Of a stretch of 64,000 nucleotides of DNA, positions 19,982-29,473 are shown piece by piece; the first letter of the stretch is position 1; the number at the start of each line of letters is the position of its first letter. Origin of the DNA: Candidatus Melainabacteria bacterium 17Bon1m (lineage in GTDB: Bacteria > Cyanobacteriota > Vampirovibrionia > Obscuribacterales > Obscuribacteraceae); assembly GCA_032128875.1 (NCBI GenBank), contig JAVLKG010000001.1, positions 384,001 through 448,000 on the forward strand. Reading direction: 5' to 3'. A model generated the notes under the pieces. That model ran no database searches, was not told where the DNA came from, and saw only the letters and a program-made list of their open reading frames with translations. A program made the position numbers and the translations under genes.

Positions 19982-21952
19982 ATGAATTCGCAGGTTGTGT
20001 TTCTGGAGTCATTGTTTCTACTGGTGTCAGCAGCAGTTGCTGCATTTGCTCTTAGTCACAAGAGCCAAGTTTCCGACAAAGCCATGTCATATCTCCTTTG
20101 TGCAATCGCTTCATTCGCGATTGCCGTTTCGTTTTTAGGCGGCGGTCAGATAGTCAGCTATGAAACGAGCGCGCCATTAATGCTCGGCGTGTTTCCCCTG
20201 ACGTTTTTGCTGGACGGGCTGAGCCGATTTTTTGTGGCAATCCTGAGCGCCATCCTCTTTGCCATCGGGCTATTCTCGCCGGGCTATCTTTCGCACTTAA
20301 AAGGAAAGATCTCAGGCGGGCAATATTGGATCGCATTCTTTCTGCTCGCACTTTCGATGTTCGGAGTTGTGTTGAGTGCTGATGCCATCACTTTCATCGT
20401 GATGTGGGAAATTATGTCGCTTTCCTCCGCTGCGCTTGTTGCTAGTGATCACACGCATCAATCAGTGCAGAAAGCTGCTCTAATTTATTTAGGCGCCACT
20501 CGAACAGCTAGTGGCTTGCTGTGCGGCGGCTTTCTATGGATGCACTCTTTGACTGGAAGTTGGAATTTCGCTTCCTGGAATTTCGCGCAGCCTCATGCAA
20601 TTTTTCCTGCCCTGCTTATATTGCTCGGATTTTGTATCAAAGCCGGCGTCTGGCCGTTTCACATCTGGTTGCCTTATACGTACCCTGCTGCACCAGCCAC
20701 CGTGTCTGCCGCGATGAGCGGTTTTTTGGTCAAGCTTCCTATATATGGATTGATTCGAATTCTGATTCAAGGTGGCTTGTCTTCGCCTGAGATTATCAAT
20801 CTTATGTTTGTCTTGGGCGCGATTTCTTCTTTCTGGGGAGTGTTGTTCGCTCTTGTTCAAAACGATTTGAAACGCCTTCTAGCCTATTCGAGTATTGAAA
20901 ACATCGGTCTTATTCTTCTTTCTTTGGCTATTTCTCTAAAAGCCCGCGCTGCCAACTTGCCCTTAATCGCTGACGTGGCGATGGTGGCAGCAATCTTTCA
21001 TTGCCTCAATCATGGCGCAATCAAGTCACTATTATTCCTGTCTGCTGGTGCTGTGGATGCGATGGCGCATTCACGCGATCTCCATCGGTTGGGCGGTTTG
21101 GCGAAGCGGATGCCTTGGACCATGGCGTGTTTTTTCATCGGCGCCTTTTCAATCTGTTCTATTCCGCCTATGAATGGCTTCGCAAGCAAATGGTTGCTCT
21201 ATCAAAGCTTGTTCAAAAGCACCCTACTTTTTGGCTCTTACCTTGATCGCGGTTTGTTTCTCACGGCGATTTGCCTTTTGTCAGCAGTCGGCGCGCTGGC
21301 TATTGCAGTTTTTGTCAAGGCGATGGGTGTCGTCTTCCTTGGCATGAGCAGAAGCCATGCCGCAGAACATGCTGTAGAAGCTAGTCCCGGCATGCTTTGC
21401 GCTCAGGTTCTGCTGGCTGCATGTTGTGCAGGTCTGGGCGTCTTTGCGCCTAACCTGGTCAGTCAAATTACAAAGATCGCATCCTCTTCGACGCGACCAA
21501 TTACCACTGCTCCGATTGATTTCGCGCTGCCAATTCCATTGCTTGCTGGGACATTGTTTGCAACGGGATTGGTTATCTACGTTGTTTTTTTGCAGAGTTC
21601 TAAAGTCCGAACTTTCAAAACGTGGGATTGTGGTTTTGGACCACTAACTCCAAAAACCCAGGCATCGTCTGATTCTTTCGCACAACCGTTGGCTCGCATT
21701 TTTCGCCCGTTTTTGAAATACGAAACGAACGCCACGATATCCGGGCGCGATCGTCGCCATTTCCCAGAACAAATAAATGTCGAAGTAAAAATCGTTTCGA
21801 TACTAGAATCACGCGTTTATTTGCCTTGTCTAGCGGTGATCAGTTATCTCGCAAGAGGACTGGCAAAATTGCAAGCAGGAAGCATTCATCTTTATCTTGT
21901 GTATGTCTGCTCGACACTCATAATCCTTTTGGCACTAGGGACTATTCTATGA
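19982..21952 (+). CDS. hyfB: HyfB/NuoL-like antiporter subunit of an Ehr complex
   Basis: WEIMS, KAGVWPFHIWLP, KRLLAYSSIENIG, WDCG. Confidence 0.88.
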   Translation: MNSQVVFLESLFLLVSAAVAAFALSHKSQVSDKAMSYLLCAIASFAIAVSFLGGGQIVSYETSAPLMLGVFPLTFLLDGLSRFFVAILSAILFAIGLFSPGYLSHLKGKISGGQYWIAFFLLALSMFGVVLSADAITFIVMWEIMSLSSAALVASDHTHQSVQKAALIYLGATRTASGLLCGGFLWMHSLTGSWNFASWNFAQPHAIFPALLILLGFCIKAGVWPFHIWLPYTYPAAPATVSAAMSGFLVKLPIYGLIRILIQGGLSSPEIINLMFVLGAISSFWGVLFALVQNDLKRLLAYSSIENIGLILLSLAISLKARAANLPLIADVAMVAAIFHCLNHGAIKSLLFLSAGAVDAMAHSRDLHRLGGLAKRMPWTMACFFIGAFSICSIPPMNGFASKWLLYQSLFKSTLLFGSYLDRGLFLTAICLLSAVGALAIAVFVKAMGVVFLGMSRSHAAEHAVEASPGMLCAQVLLAACCAGLGVFAPNLVSQITKIASSSTRPITTAPIDFALPIPLLAGTLFATGLVIYVVFLQSSKVRTFKTWDCGFGPLTPKTQASSDSFAQPLARIFRPFLKYETNATISGRDRRHFPEQINVEVKIVSILESRVYLPCLAVISYLARGLAKLQAGSIHLYLVYVCSTLIILLALGTIL

Positions 21953-22950
21953 ATGACATAAGCACTCATGTTCTTAGAAGCTGCTCTCATTGGATTCTCT
22001 TTGTCTCAAGCATAGTAATACTCCCACCTGTGTGCTTAACACTCATCAGAAAAACCAAGGCTCGCCTGCAAAGTCGAGTTGGTCCGCCGCTTCTTCAGCC
22101 TTTTTACGATTTGATCAAACTTTACCGCAAAAGTGAAACCGTCAGTTCTACGATGTCTGGAGTGTTCAGACTTGCTTCTGTCGCCGGGCTTGCCACCATC
22201 ATTTTGCTTGCCTGGCTGACTCCGTGGCTGTCGTACAAGCCTTGGAGCCCCAGCGCCGATTTATTCCTCATTATTTATCTCTTTGCTCTGGCGCGTGTGT
22301 TCTCTCTTTTAGGCGCGCTGGATTCAGGCTCTGCGTTTGGCGCTTTCGGCGCAAGCAGAGAAGTAACTCTCGGGCTCCTTGTCGAGCCGGCGTTGATGCT
22401 TGGTCTTGTTGCTCTGGGTTTGTTTTGCGGAAGCAGTGACCTGCGAATGATTTTTTCGTACCCTCATGCGATTGGCGTTGGAGCCGCAGCGGTTACTGGT
22501 GCCGCATCTGGTGCCGGAGCCGCCGGCATTTGGCTGCTGGTTGGAATTGCGATTTTGCTGGCGAGCTTAATAGAGCTCTCTCGGATGCCTGTGGACGATC
22601 CAACTACGCACCTCGAGTTGACGATGGTTCATGAGGCCATGGTGCTCGAAGCATCTGGGCGCAATCTGGCGTTAATTGAGTTTGCCCATGCCCTTAGAAT
22701 GAGCATCTTCTTCGGTTTGTCGGCTCAGTGCTTCGTCCATGCACTGGCTTCTGTTTGTCACATCAATACATTGACTCAAGGAATTCTGAGCGTTGTTGGC
22801 ATATGTGGCATCGCAATTTTTGTTGGGGTGCTGGAAAGTCTCGCGGTCAAATTGCAGTGGCGGAAAGTTCCTGAATTCGTCGCTTATGTCGTCTCGATGA
22901 GCCTCCTTGCAGCTTTTGTCGCAGCCGGAAGTGGAGGCATCAAATTATGA
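21949..22950 (+). CDS. hyfC: HyfC/HycD (NuoH-like) membrane subunit
   Basis: Start MNDIS overlaps the hyfB stop. RVGPPLLQPFYDLIKL, GASRE, RMPVDDPTTHLELTMVHEAM. Confidence 0.88.
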   Translation: MNDISTHVLRSCSHWILFVSSIVILPPVCLTLIRKTKARLQSRVGPPLLQPFYDLIKLYRKSETVSSTMSGVFRLASVAGLATIILLAWLTPWLSYKPWSPSADLFLIIYLFALARVFSLLGALDSGSAFGAFGASREVTLGLLVEPALMLGLVALGLFCGSSDLRMIFSYPHAIGVGAAAVTGAASGAGAAGIWLLVGIAILLASLIELSRMPVDDPTTHLELTMVHEAMVLEASGRNLALIEFAHALRMSIFFGLSAQCFVHALASVCHINTLTQGILSVVGICGIAIFVGVLESLAVKLQWRKVPEFVAYVVSMSLLAAFVAAGSGGIKL

Positions 22951-23594
22951 TTTCTGCGATCAACCTTTGTGTTCTTTGCGCAGCGGTGCTTGCCTGCCTG
23001 ATGGTCGGGTCTTTGCACTTGAGGCTCAATCTATTTCTGTACGGGGTAGAAACGCTCTTTATCGCAGCTGCAACAGTTCTCACTGCCAATGCCCATGGGG
23101 ACGCGAGCCTGATCTGCATTGCGATGATGATTGGAACTTTGAAAGCTTTAGGAGTTCCTTTTTTCCTGCTCAAAACCAGCGAGAAGCTGAATGTTCATCG
23201 CGATGTCGGTGCGATGATTACGCCACCGTTGGCAATGCATTTGTCTATTGTTCTTTTCGCTTTGAGTTTTGTTTTGACTCAAAATATTCCCACACCGCAG
23301 TTGGTGGTCAACGGCTGGTATGGAGCTGCTGCAGGTATTTCGCTTCTTTTCACCGGTCTTGTCATTATGCTGACCAGGAGATTGGCTATCGGGCAGATTC
23401 TCGGTTTTCTCGTAATTGAAAACGGTATCTATGTGTTTGCGCTCACCCAGACGCTCGGTATGCCAATGCTCGTCGAAATGGGAATTTTGCTGGACATGCT
23501 CGTTGGCGTTATGGTGTGTGGGGTTTTGGTGTTCAAAATTCAAAAGAGTTTTGAACACATCGATGTCGCACTTCTTACTGATTTGAAGGAGTGA
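22947..23594 (+). CDS. hyfE: HyfE membrane subunit
   Basis: QILGFLVIENGI, VEMGILLD, C-terminal LTDLKE. Confidence 0.85.
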   Translation: MISAINLCVLCAAVLACLMVGSLHLRLNLFLYGVETLFIAAATVLTANAHGDASLICIAMMIGTLKALGVPFFLLKTSEKLNVHRDVGAMITPPLAMHLSIVLFALSFVLTQNIPTPQLVVNGWYGAAAGISLLFTGLVIMLTRRLAIGQILGFLVIENGIYVFALTQTLGMPMLVEMGILLDMLVGVMVCGVLVFKIQKSFEHIDVALLTDLKE

Positions 23595-23595
23595 G

Positions 23596-25032
23596 ATGGA
23601 GCTTTTCTTCACCCTTTGTGCTTTACCTGTATTTGGTGCCATCTGGGCAGCGAAGTGCCGGCACCTTGAAAAAGTGCGTAGCTCCGTCACCTTGCTCATC
23701 TGGCTTCAGGTTATTGCTACCGCAATTTTGATTGGACCGCTTCTGCGCGGTGATGCTTCGCTGCTTAGATTCACAGCCGACTTTGCTCTGGATAGAAGTG
23801 CTGCTTGCTTTTTGTTGTTGACCAATTTTGTCGCAGCTTGCTCGCTTACTCATGCTCCTACTTTCTTTCGCAATGAGAGTGTGATTGCAGGCAAAATTAT
23901 TCCGCCGTTGCACGAACGCTTTTTCTATGTGTCTTCTCTGCTTTTCGTTCTTGCTATGAATTTTGTCTTTATGGCGGACAATCTCGGACTCCTCTGGGTG
24001 AGCATTGAGGCTACAACCATTTTCTCTGCTGGGCTTGTCTATTTTTCGCGAGACAAACATGCATTGGAGGCGACTTGGAAATACTTGATGGTATGCAGCG
24101 TCGGCATCGCATTTGCATTGTTGGGAACGATTTTGATCTTCGCATCGAGCCAGCATGGTGCCATTGATGGCGGGTCGTTAAACGTAAGAATGTTGATTGG
24201 CTGTGCGGGGCGCCTCGAGCCAAAACTATTAGAGCTCGGCTATATCTTTTGCTTGCTGGGCTACGGCACCAAAGCCGGCATTTTCCCTCTCCACACGTGG
24301 CTGCCCGACGCGCATTCTGAAGCGCCTGCTCCTGCATCTGCCATGCTGTCCGGGGCACTTCTCAACTGTGCGCTCTTCGCGATTTGGCGTGTTACAGAAC
24401 TAGTAAAACTTACAGAGCATCACGCTATTTGCGAATCAATTCCTATTTTCTGGGGCGCGCTCACGGCATTGGCCGCGGGGTTATTTCTTGTGCACCAGTA
24501 TGGTATCAAGAGGCTTTGGGCGTATTCGAGCATTGAAAATGTCGGAATAATGCTGGTTGCGATTGGGCTTGGATCGCCCATGCTATTTTTTCTCCAAGCG
24601 CTTAATCACAGTATTGCAAAGGTCGCCTTATTTCTTCTGTCGGGAAATATAATTCAATATTTTGGCACCAAAGATCTCAGCAAGATACGCGGACTATTAA
24701 AAGTCAGTCCGACATGCGGCATTCTCTTGGCGGTCTGCGCTGCAGCTGTTACGGGCATGCCTCCCTTTGGTGCTTTCATTGCAGAGTGGTTGATTCTTGC
24801 AAAATCTGCTGATGCGATGCAAGGAATCTCTGTCGCTATTCTGCTCATCGCTCTTGCGATTAGCTTTGTCGCTGTCAGTATTCACGTCTCTCGAATTCTC
24901 TGGGGCTCTGCAAAGCCGGAATTGACTCAATCGAGATCAATCTCTCGATACCTCATTCCTTCGATTCTTGGAATTTGTACCATTGTGCTCGGTTTGACGG
25001 CAGTTCCTTTGATTTTGGTAAAACCTCTATGA
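23596..25032 (+). CDS. hyfF: HyfF antiporter-like subunit
   Basis: WVSIEATT, ALEATWKY, GYGTKAGIFPLHTWLPDAHSEAP. Confidence 0.88.
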   Translation: MELFFTLCALPVFGAIWAAKCRHLEKVRSSVTLLIWLQVIATAILIGPLLRGDASLLRFTADFALDRSAACFLLLTNFVAACSLTHAPTFFRNESVIAGKIIPPLHERFFYVSSLLFVLAMNFVFMADNLGLLWVSIEATTIFSAGLVYFSRDKHALEATWKYLMVCSVGIAFALLGTILIFASSQHGAIDGGSLNVRMLIGCAGRLEPKLLELGYIFCLLGYGTKAGIFPLHTWLPDAHSEAPAPASAMLSGALLNCALFAIWRVTELVKLTEHHAICESIPIFWGALTALAAGLFLVHQYGIKRLWAYSSIENVGIMLVAIGLGSPMLFFLQALNHSIAKVALFLLSGNIIQYFGTKDLSKIRGLLKVSPTCGILLAVCAAAVTGMPPFGAFIAEWLILAKSADAMQGISVAILLIALAISFVAVSIHVSRILWGSAKPELTQSRSISRYLIPSILGICTIVLGLTAVPLILVKPL

Positions 25033-26507
25033 AACTCGAGCGCGACAATGTCAAACTTGACGAGCGGATCGATACGCTCCGCCCGCTCTTGCACCAGAGT
25101 GGCAATCGCCTTGGATTGATATCGTCAATCGACGGTAAACAACTGATTTCACTTTTGCTCAATACCTCAGAGAACAGAGCCGTTTGCTGGGAAAGTCCTT
25201 TGCAAACGAATCGCTATCATTCATTAGCTCCCGTAATTTCGCAGGCTCATTGGTTCGAGCGAACTTTGTGGGATATGTTTGGACTCGAGCCGGAAAATCA
25301 TCCGCGCTTGAAGCACAACCTGCTGCACGAAGCTTATTCAACCGATCTCATTCCCTTGTTGGCTGAAGAATCGGTGTCGTCAAATGGCAAGCCGCGAGAA
25401 TACTTGCCGATGGCGGTGAAGGGCGATGGAATTTACGAGATTCCGGTCGGACCAATCCATGCTGGGATTATCGAGCCCGGGCACTTTCGCTTTAGTTGTT
25501 TGGGCGAAGTGATTTTCAATCTGGAAATCAGGCTTGGATATGTGCACCGCGGCGTCGAGAAGAGAATGTGCGAGCTGCCGTGGCGCAAGATGCGATTTCT
25601 GGCAGAAGCTGCCGCGAGCGACAGCGCCGCCGCTTATGCTCTTGCGCATTCGATAGCGGTGGAAAGTTGTTTTGATGTTGCAGTCTCTTACAAAGCTGAT
25701 TTTCTGCGAACGATATCACTCGAGATTGAAAGAATTGCCATGCATATCAATGATCTTGGCGGGCTGGCAGGAGACATTGGATTTCTCGCCATATCTTCAA
25801 CGATGGGCAGACTCAGAGGCACTGCTCTTTCCATGGCAGAGCAGTTGACCGGAAGCCGACTCCAAAGAGGCTTTATCTGCCCTGGAGGTGTGGTCTTTGA
25901 TCCGAGCGATAAATTGAAGAGTATCAAAGCTACGGCGAATTGGTTGAGAAAGGAGCTAAAACCAGTCATCTCATTTTTTATGTCTAATGAAGTTGTTCGC
26001 GATCGTATGGAAAATGTCGGAAAGGTATCGCCTCGTCTTGCCGCTGATTTCGGACTCGTTGGCCCTGCAGGCAGAGCCAGCGATCAGAAGTATGATGCGC
26101 GCCATCATTTTGTGCACGGAGTATATCCGAGGGTTCGTGTGCCGATTGCGATGGAAATTGGTGGTGATGTTCTCAGTCGTGCAAAGGTGCGTATTGCCGA
26201 ACTCGAATCGAGCCTCTTTCTCGTAGAACAACTGATTGATGGTCTTCCTGAAGGCGACGTTTGCACTAAATTGCCTGATGCACTGCCGAACAACGCATCT
26301 GGAATCGGAATAGTCGAATCTCACAGAGGTGAGCTGATTCATTTGATCTTCACCGATTCACAAGGGCAGTGCTGCCGCTATGCCATTAAAGATGCAAGTG
26401 TCAATAATTGGACTGGCTTGGCAATCGCAGTGCGAAACAATCTTGTCTCTGACTTTCCGCTGTGCAACAAAAGCTTCGGCTTGTCGTACAGCGGTCATGA
26501 CCTGTGA
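25029..26507 (+). CDS. HyfG/HycE-like large subunit lacking [NiFe]-binding motifs (Ehr type)
   Basis: Start MKLERD at 25029. VGPIHAGIIEPGHFRF, LGYVHRGVEK. The L1 region reads EAAASD with no CxxC, and the C-terminus DFPLCNKSFGLSYSGHDL has no DPCxxC. Confidence 0.88.
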   Translation: MKLERDNVKLDERIDTLRPLLHQSGNRLGLISSIDGKQLISLLLNTSENRAVCWESPLQTNRYHSLAPVISQAHWFERTLWDMFGLEPENHPRLKHNLLHEAYSTDLIPLLAEESVSSNGKPREYLPMAVKGDGIYEIPVGPIHAGIIEPGHFRFSCLGEVIFNLEIRLGYVHRGVEKRMCELPWRKMRFLAEAAASDSAAAYALAHSIAVESCFDVAVSYKADFLRTISLEIERIAMHINDLGGLAGDIGFLAISSTMGRLRGTALSMAEQLTGSRLQRGFICPGGVVFDPSDKLKSIKATANWLRKELKPVISFFMSNEVVRDRMENVGKVSPRLAADFGLVGPAGRASDQKYDARHHFVHGVYPRVRVPIAMEIGGDVLSRAKVRIAELESSLFLVEQLIDGLPEGDVCTKLPDALPNNASGIGIVESHRGELIHLIFTDSQGQCCRYAIKDASVNNWTGLAIAVRNNLVSDFPLCNKSFGLSYSGHDL

Positions 26508-26516
26508 GGTGTCTGC

Positions 26517-27287
26517 ATGCTGAGACTTTTGGGTTTTCTTTTAAATCAAAGCGTAGTCACATCAAAGGACTACTGCTCGCCATCTGTAGATTCTCTTGGA
26601 TTGCCTTCTTTAGGTAATCAAACTTGCATCGGCACGAGTTGCACACAATGCAGCGCTGTCTGTCCAACCGACGCGATTGCAGTGGCTGACTGCTCTAACG
26701 GCGGCAACGTCTCCCTTGACCTCGGCGCTTGCATCGGCTGCGGTGAATGCATAAGAGCGTGTCCGGAAGGGACTTTGGTGGCAAACAAAAATCCGTCGGT
26801 GGCGCGATTTAAGCGGGAAGACTTGATTATCTCAAATGTTGAAAAACGGCAAACGCAAGAAGCATCAATTGAGCCGAGTATATTCGCCAGGTCTATAGCG
26901 TGCCGTGTTGTGTCTACCGGATGCAGCGCCTGCGATCTTGAAGTTGCCGCCTGCGGAAACTCGATCTTCGATATGGAGCGATACGGCATAAATGTTGTCG
27001 CTTCTCCTCGCTTTGCCGATGTTCTTCTTGTCACTGGTCCAGTCCCTAAGGCTATGCACGAAGCTCTCAAATCCTGCTATGAGCAGATGGCGGAACCAAG
27101 ACGTGTAATTGCTGTAGGCACATGTGCAATTTCCGGAGGATTGCATAAAGGTGGCTATGCAGAAGCAAATGGAGTGGAAAGTTTATTGCCCGTCGATCTG
27201 TTTATTCCTGGATGTCCGCCGCATCCCTGGAGCATCATCGACGGTATTAGAAAAGTGATGAGCGGTTCTGTCGAGCGGGGTGCTTAA
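26517..27287 (+). CDS. Ehr small subunit: 2x[4Fe-4S] ferredoxin fused to a HyfI/NuoB-like domain
   Basis: CTQCSAVCP, CIGCGECIRACP; GCSACDLE, SPRFADVLLVTGPV, GTCAISGG, IPGCPP. Confidence 0.88.
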   Translation: MLRLLGFLLNQSVVTSKDYCSPSVDSLGLPSLGNQTCIGTSCTQCSAVCPTDAIAVADCSNGGNVSLDLGACIGCGECIRACPEGTLVANKNPSVARFKREDLIISNVEKRQTQEASIEPSIFARSIACRVVSTGCSACDLEVAACGNSIFDMERYGINVVASPRFADVLLVTGPVPKAMHEALKSCYEQMAEPRRVIAVGTCAISGGLHKGGYAEANGVESLLPVDLFIPGCPPHPWSIIDGIRKVMSGSVERGA

Positions 27288-27818
27288 ATGAGTGCAAGAG
27301 AATACCTTGTCGAAGAAAGCCTGCGTGACGGGCGAGTTGTAACGGTGCAACGAGTCAAGCCTGATGAACCTGATACGCGTGAGCAAGACTCTTATTCTCT
27401 AAGTCGAAGTGCTTTGTTTCATAAGTTCTTGATGCCCGATCGCGAACTGGACGAACGGGAACTGATCGCCTTTACCGATAGTAATTTATTCCAGCAGACA
27501 GCGCTCTTCTTGTGCGTTGAGTCGGATGGAAAGCCCGTACCTGTTGGATGCGGGCAATACGTGAGAAACAATCGGCCTGATACTTCAAGTAGTGCGGAAT
27601 TGACAATTGGAGTTAGTGCTGATTATCCACGGACCGAACTTAAAGCGATCTTGCTTCGGCACCTGATCAAACTTGCTAAATCTGAAGGCGTGACAGCTTT
27701 CACCACCGCTTATCCAGCGAATTCGATTGTACTATTTGATGCCCTTCGCGAGATTGACCAAAGCGTCATCTCGGTCTATGCAGCAGGAGCCTTTAGTTTG
27801 CTCCTGCCGATTTCATAG
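27288..27818 (+). CDS. GNAT-fold protein with degenerate acetyl-CoA motif
   Basis: Colinear with 38787..39335 (LRDGRxV, SAELTIGVS, LLRHLIKLA) but has YPRTELK in place of FQGLGIA. Confidence 0.65.
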   Translation: MSAREYLVEESLRDGRVVTVQRVKPDEPDTREQDSYSLSRSALFHKFLMPDRELDERELIAFTDSNLFQQTALFLCVESDGKPVPVGCGQYVRNNRPDTSSSAELTIGVSADYPRTELKAILLRHLIKLAKSEGVTAFTTAYPANSIVLFDALREIDQSVISVYAAGAFSLLLPIS

Positions 27819-27823
27819 AGCTG

Positions 27824-28285
27824 CTACCCACTCACGTGCTCGCTAACCTGGTGGCATTGCGCTGCTTTTTCGCAGAGTGGAACTGAAGATGTTGGCTGTG
27901 CCAGGATGTCTTCGATGTTTGTTTCCGCAAAGCTCTTTTCGATAATCGCAGTTGCATCGTCAATTTTCTTGTGCAACGCACACAGGTTCGAGCCATGAGT
28001 TTCCAATCCTAGAGGGCAGGACCTTATTCGTTCAATCGGATCTACAGCCTGCAAAATTTCCAATGCAGTGATTTCTTTTGGTTGTTTGGCAAGGGCAAAT
28101 CCGCCACCACAACCTCTTTGGGATTGTACGAGGTTTGCCCTTACCAGCGCCTGCATTACCTTTGACAGGTACGCAGGCGGAACCTTTGTAGCTGCCGCAA
28201 TTTGTTTTGTTGTAAACGCAGTGGTTCTATTCATTGCTAAAAATACAATCGCACGAAGTGCGTATTCTGCGGTATGGGAAATCAC
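27824..28285 (-). CDS. Rrf2-family transcriptional regulator
   Basis: TAEYALRA, PPAYLSKVMQAL, SQRGCGGGFAL; putative cluster ligands in CPLGLETHGSNLCALH and PLC. Confidence 0.92.
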   Translation of the reverse strand: MISHTAEYALRAIVFLAMNRTTAFTTKQIAAATKVPPAYLSKVMQALVRANLVQSQRGCGGGFALAKQPKEITALEILQAVDPIERIRSCPLGLETHGSNLCALHKKIDDATAIIEKSFAETNIEDILAQPTSSVPLCEKAAQCHQVSEHVSG

Positions 28286-28298
28286 GGCTCTTTATCCT

Positions 28299-29285
28299 TT
28301 ATAAGACTGCTTGTGTCTGCTTTGCATTGCTACCAGCTGAATTGAATAGCTCAAGTGCTCTCGGGAAAAGAATGTTGTTTTCCTTGTGCACGTGTTGATG
28401 CATTTCCGATTCGAGCTGAGCAAGCGAGCACAAAAGCAGTTTGTATGTGCTGCATGCATCTGCCGGAGCAGTGAACGAATTGGTTAGATGACGCATTCGA
28501 CTCAGCTCAGCGCCTGCGTCGTCATGCTCTTTCGTCATCATGGCGATTGGATGTTCAAGTCCGTTACCGCAGCCGGCATATTTCGCCTGCTTCGACTCGA
28601 TAGCGCAAATGCTGGGAAACAAAATCAATTCTTCCTTCTGCATATGCATCTCTTGCTCTTCTTTGAAGCGAGCAAACAGTTCCTGGATCTCGATCATCTC
28701 AGGATGCCTTCGTCCATGAACTCTGGCTACTTTCTCTGTAAGCGCTTGAATACGGCTCAATTCCAATCGCATTGGATTGTGATAACCAGAGACAAGATGC
28801 TCAGTTAAATCCTTCAGGCTCGAGCGCTTCCAATCTTGCTCGCCATTTATATTTGTTTGTGTTTGCGATGCGACCTTCAAATCGCTCAAAACCTCGTCGA
28901 CGTTTACGCCTCGTCTTTTGCAGGCTTCCGCCAAGGTTGCTTTGCCTCCGCAACAAAAATCAATTCCGTATTGCTCTAGAGTGCACGCACAAGCAGGAAA
29001 CTCCGCGACGATTTCGCCGACCATAGATTCGCTGGTAATGCGAAAATTCGCTGCGTTTACTTCTGCCTTTGTCTTTGCGTGCGGGACGCAAGTTTGCTCG
29101 TAGACAGCGAGACTTACGCAAGAGCATGGCTGAAACATATCTTTTTGAGAACCGCATTCCGGGCAATTCCACTCGTCTGGCAAGTCTTCGAATTTGACTG
29201 AGGGAGCAAGATTTTGCCTTGGTTCGCCTATTGTTTCGTCATAAATGTAATTGCATACTGTGCAAATTGTTTTAGCTTTAGACAT
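28299..29285 (-). CDS. ric: Rubredoxin fused to RIC/YtfE di-iron Fe-S repair protein
   Basis: CTVC...WNCPECG rubredoxin; IDFCCGG; KVARVHG, HMQKEELILFP, EHDDAG, HVHKENNILFP. Start taken at MSKAK (29285). Confidence 0.9.
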   Translation of the reverse strand: MSKAKTICTVCNYIYDETIGEPRQNLAPSVKFEDLPDEWNCPECGSQKDMFQPCSCVSLAVYEQTCVPHAKTKAEVNAANFRITSESMVGEIVAEFPACACTLEQYGIDFCCGGKATLAEACKRRGVNVDEVLSDLKVASQTQTNINGEQDWKRSSLKDLTEHLVSGYHNPMRLELSRIQALTEKVARVHGRRHPEMIEIQELFARFKEEQEMHMQKEELILFPSICAIESKQAKYAGCGNGLEHPIAMMTKEHDDAGAELSRMRHLTNSFTAPADACSTYKLLLCSLAQLESEMHQHVHKENNILFPRALELFNSAGSNAKQTQAVL

Positions 29286-29473
29286 GATGACCTCCACCGC
29301 TTCTTCACTTTTGGACCTCTGTGTCCAGATTAGCTCTTTGCGGCAAGTCTTCTATCGTTCTCAGGTATGATTTCGCAGCAATGCCCATTGAGCGAATTAA
29401 GCATGGAAGAAAATGGGCACATCCTCGCTTTTGCTCAAGCGGCGTGAAAGTAGTTTTTTACCAGAGAGCAAAA

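Noticed and set aside
25029-26507. Hydrogenase-4 / formate hydrogenlyase catalytic subunit
   Set aside because: Both Ni-binding CxxC motifs are absent and the C-terminus is the Ehr-type FGLSYSGHDL. No formate dehydrogenase is nearby.
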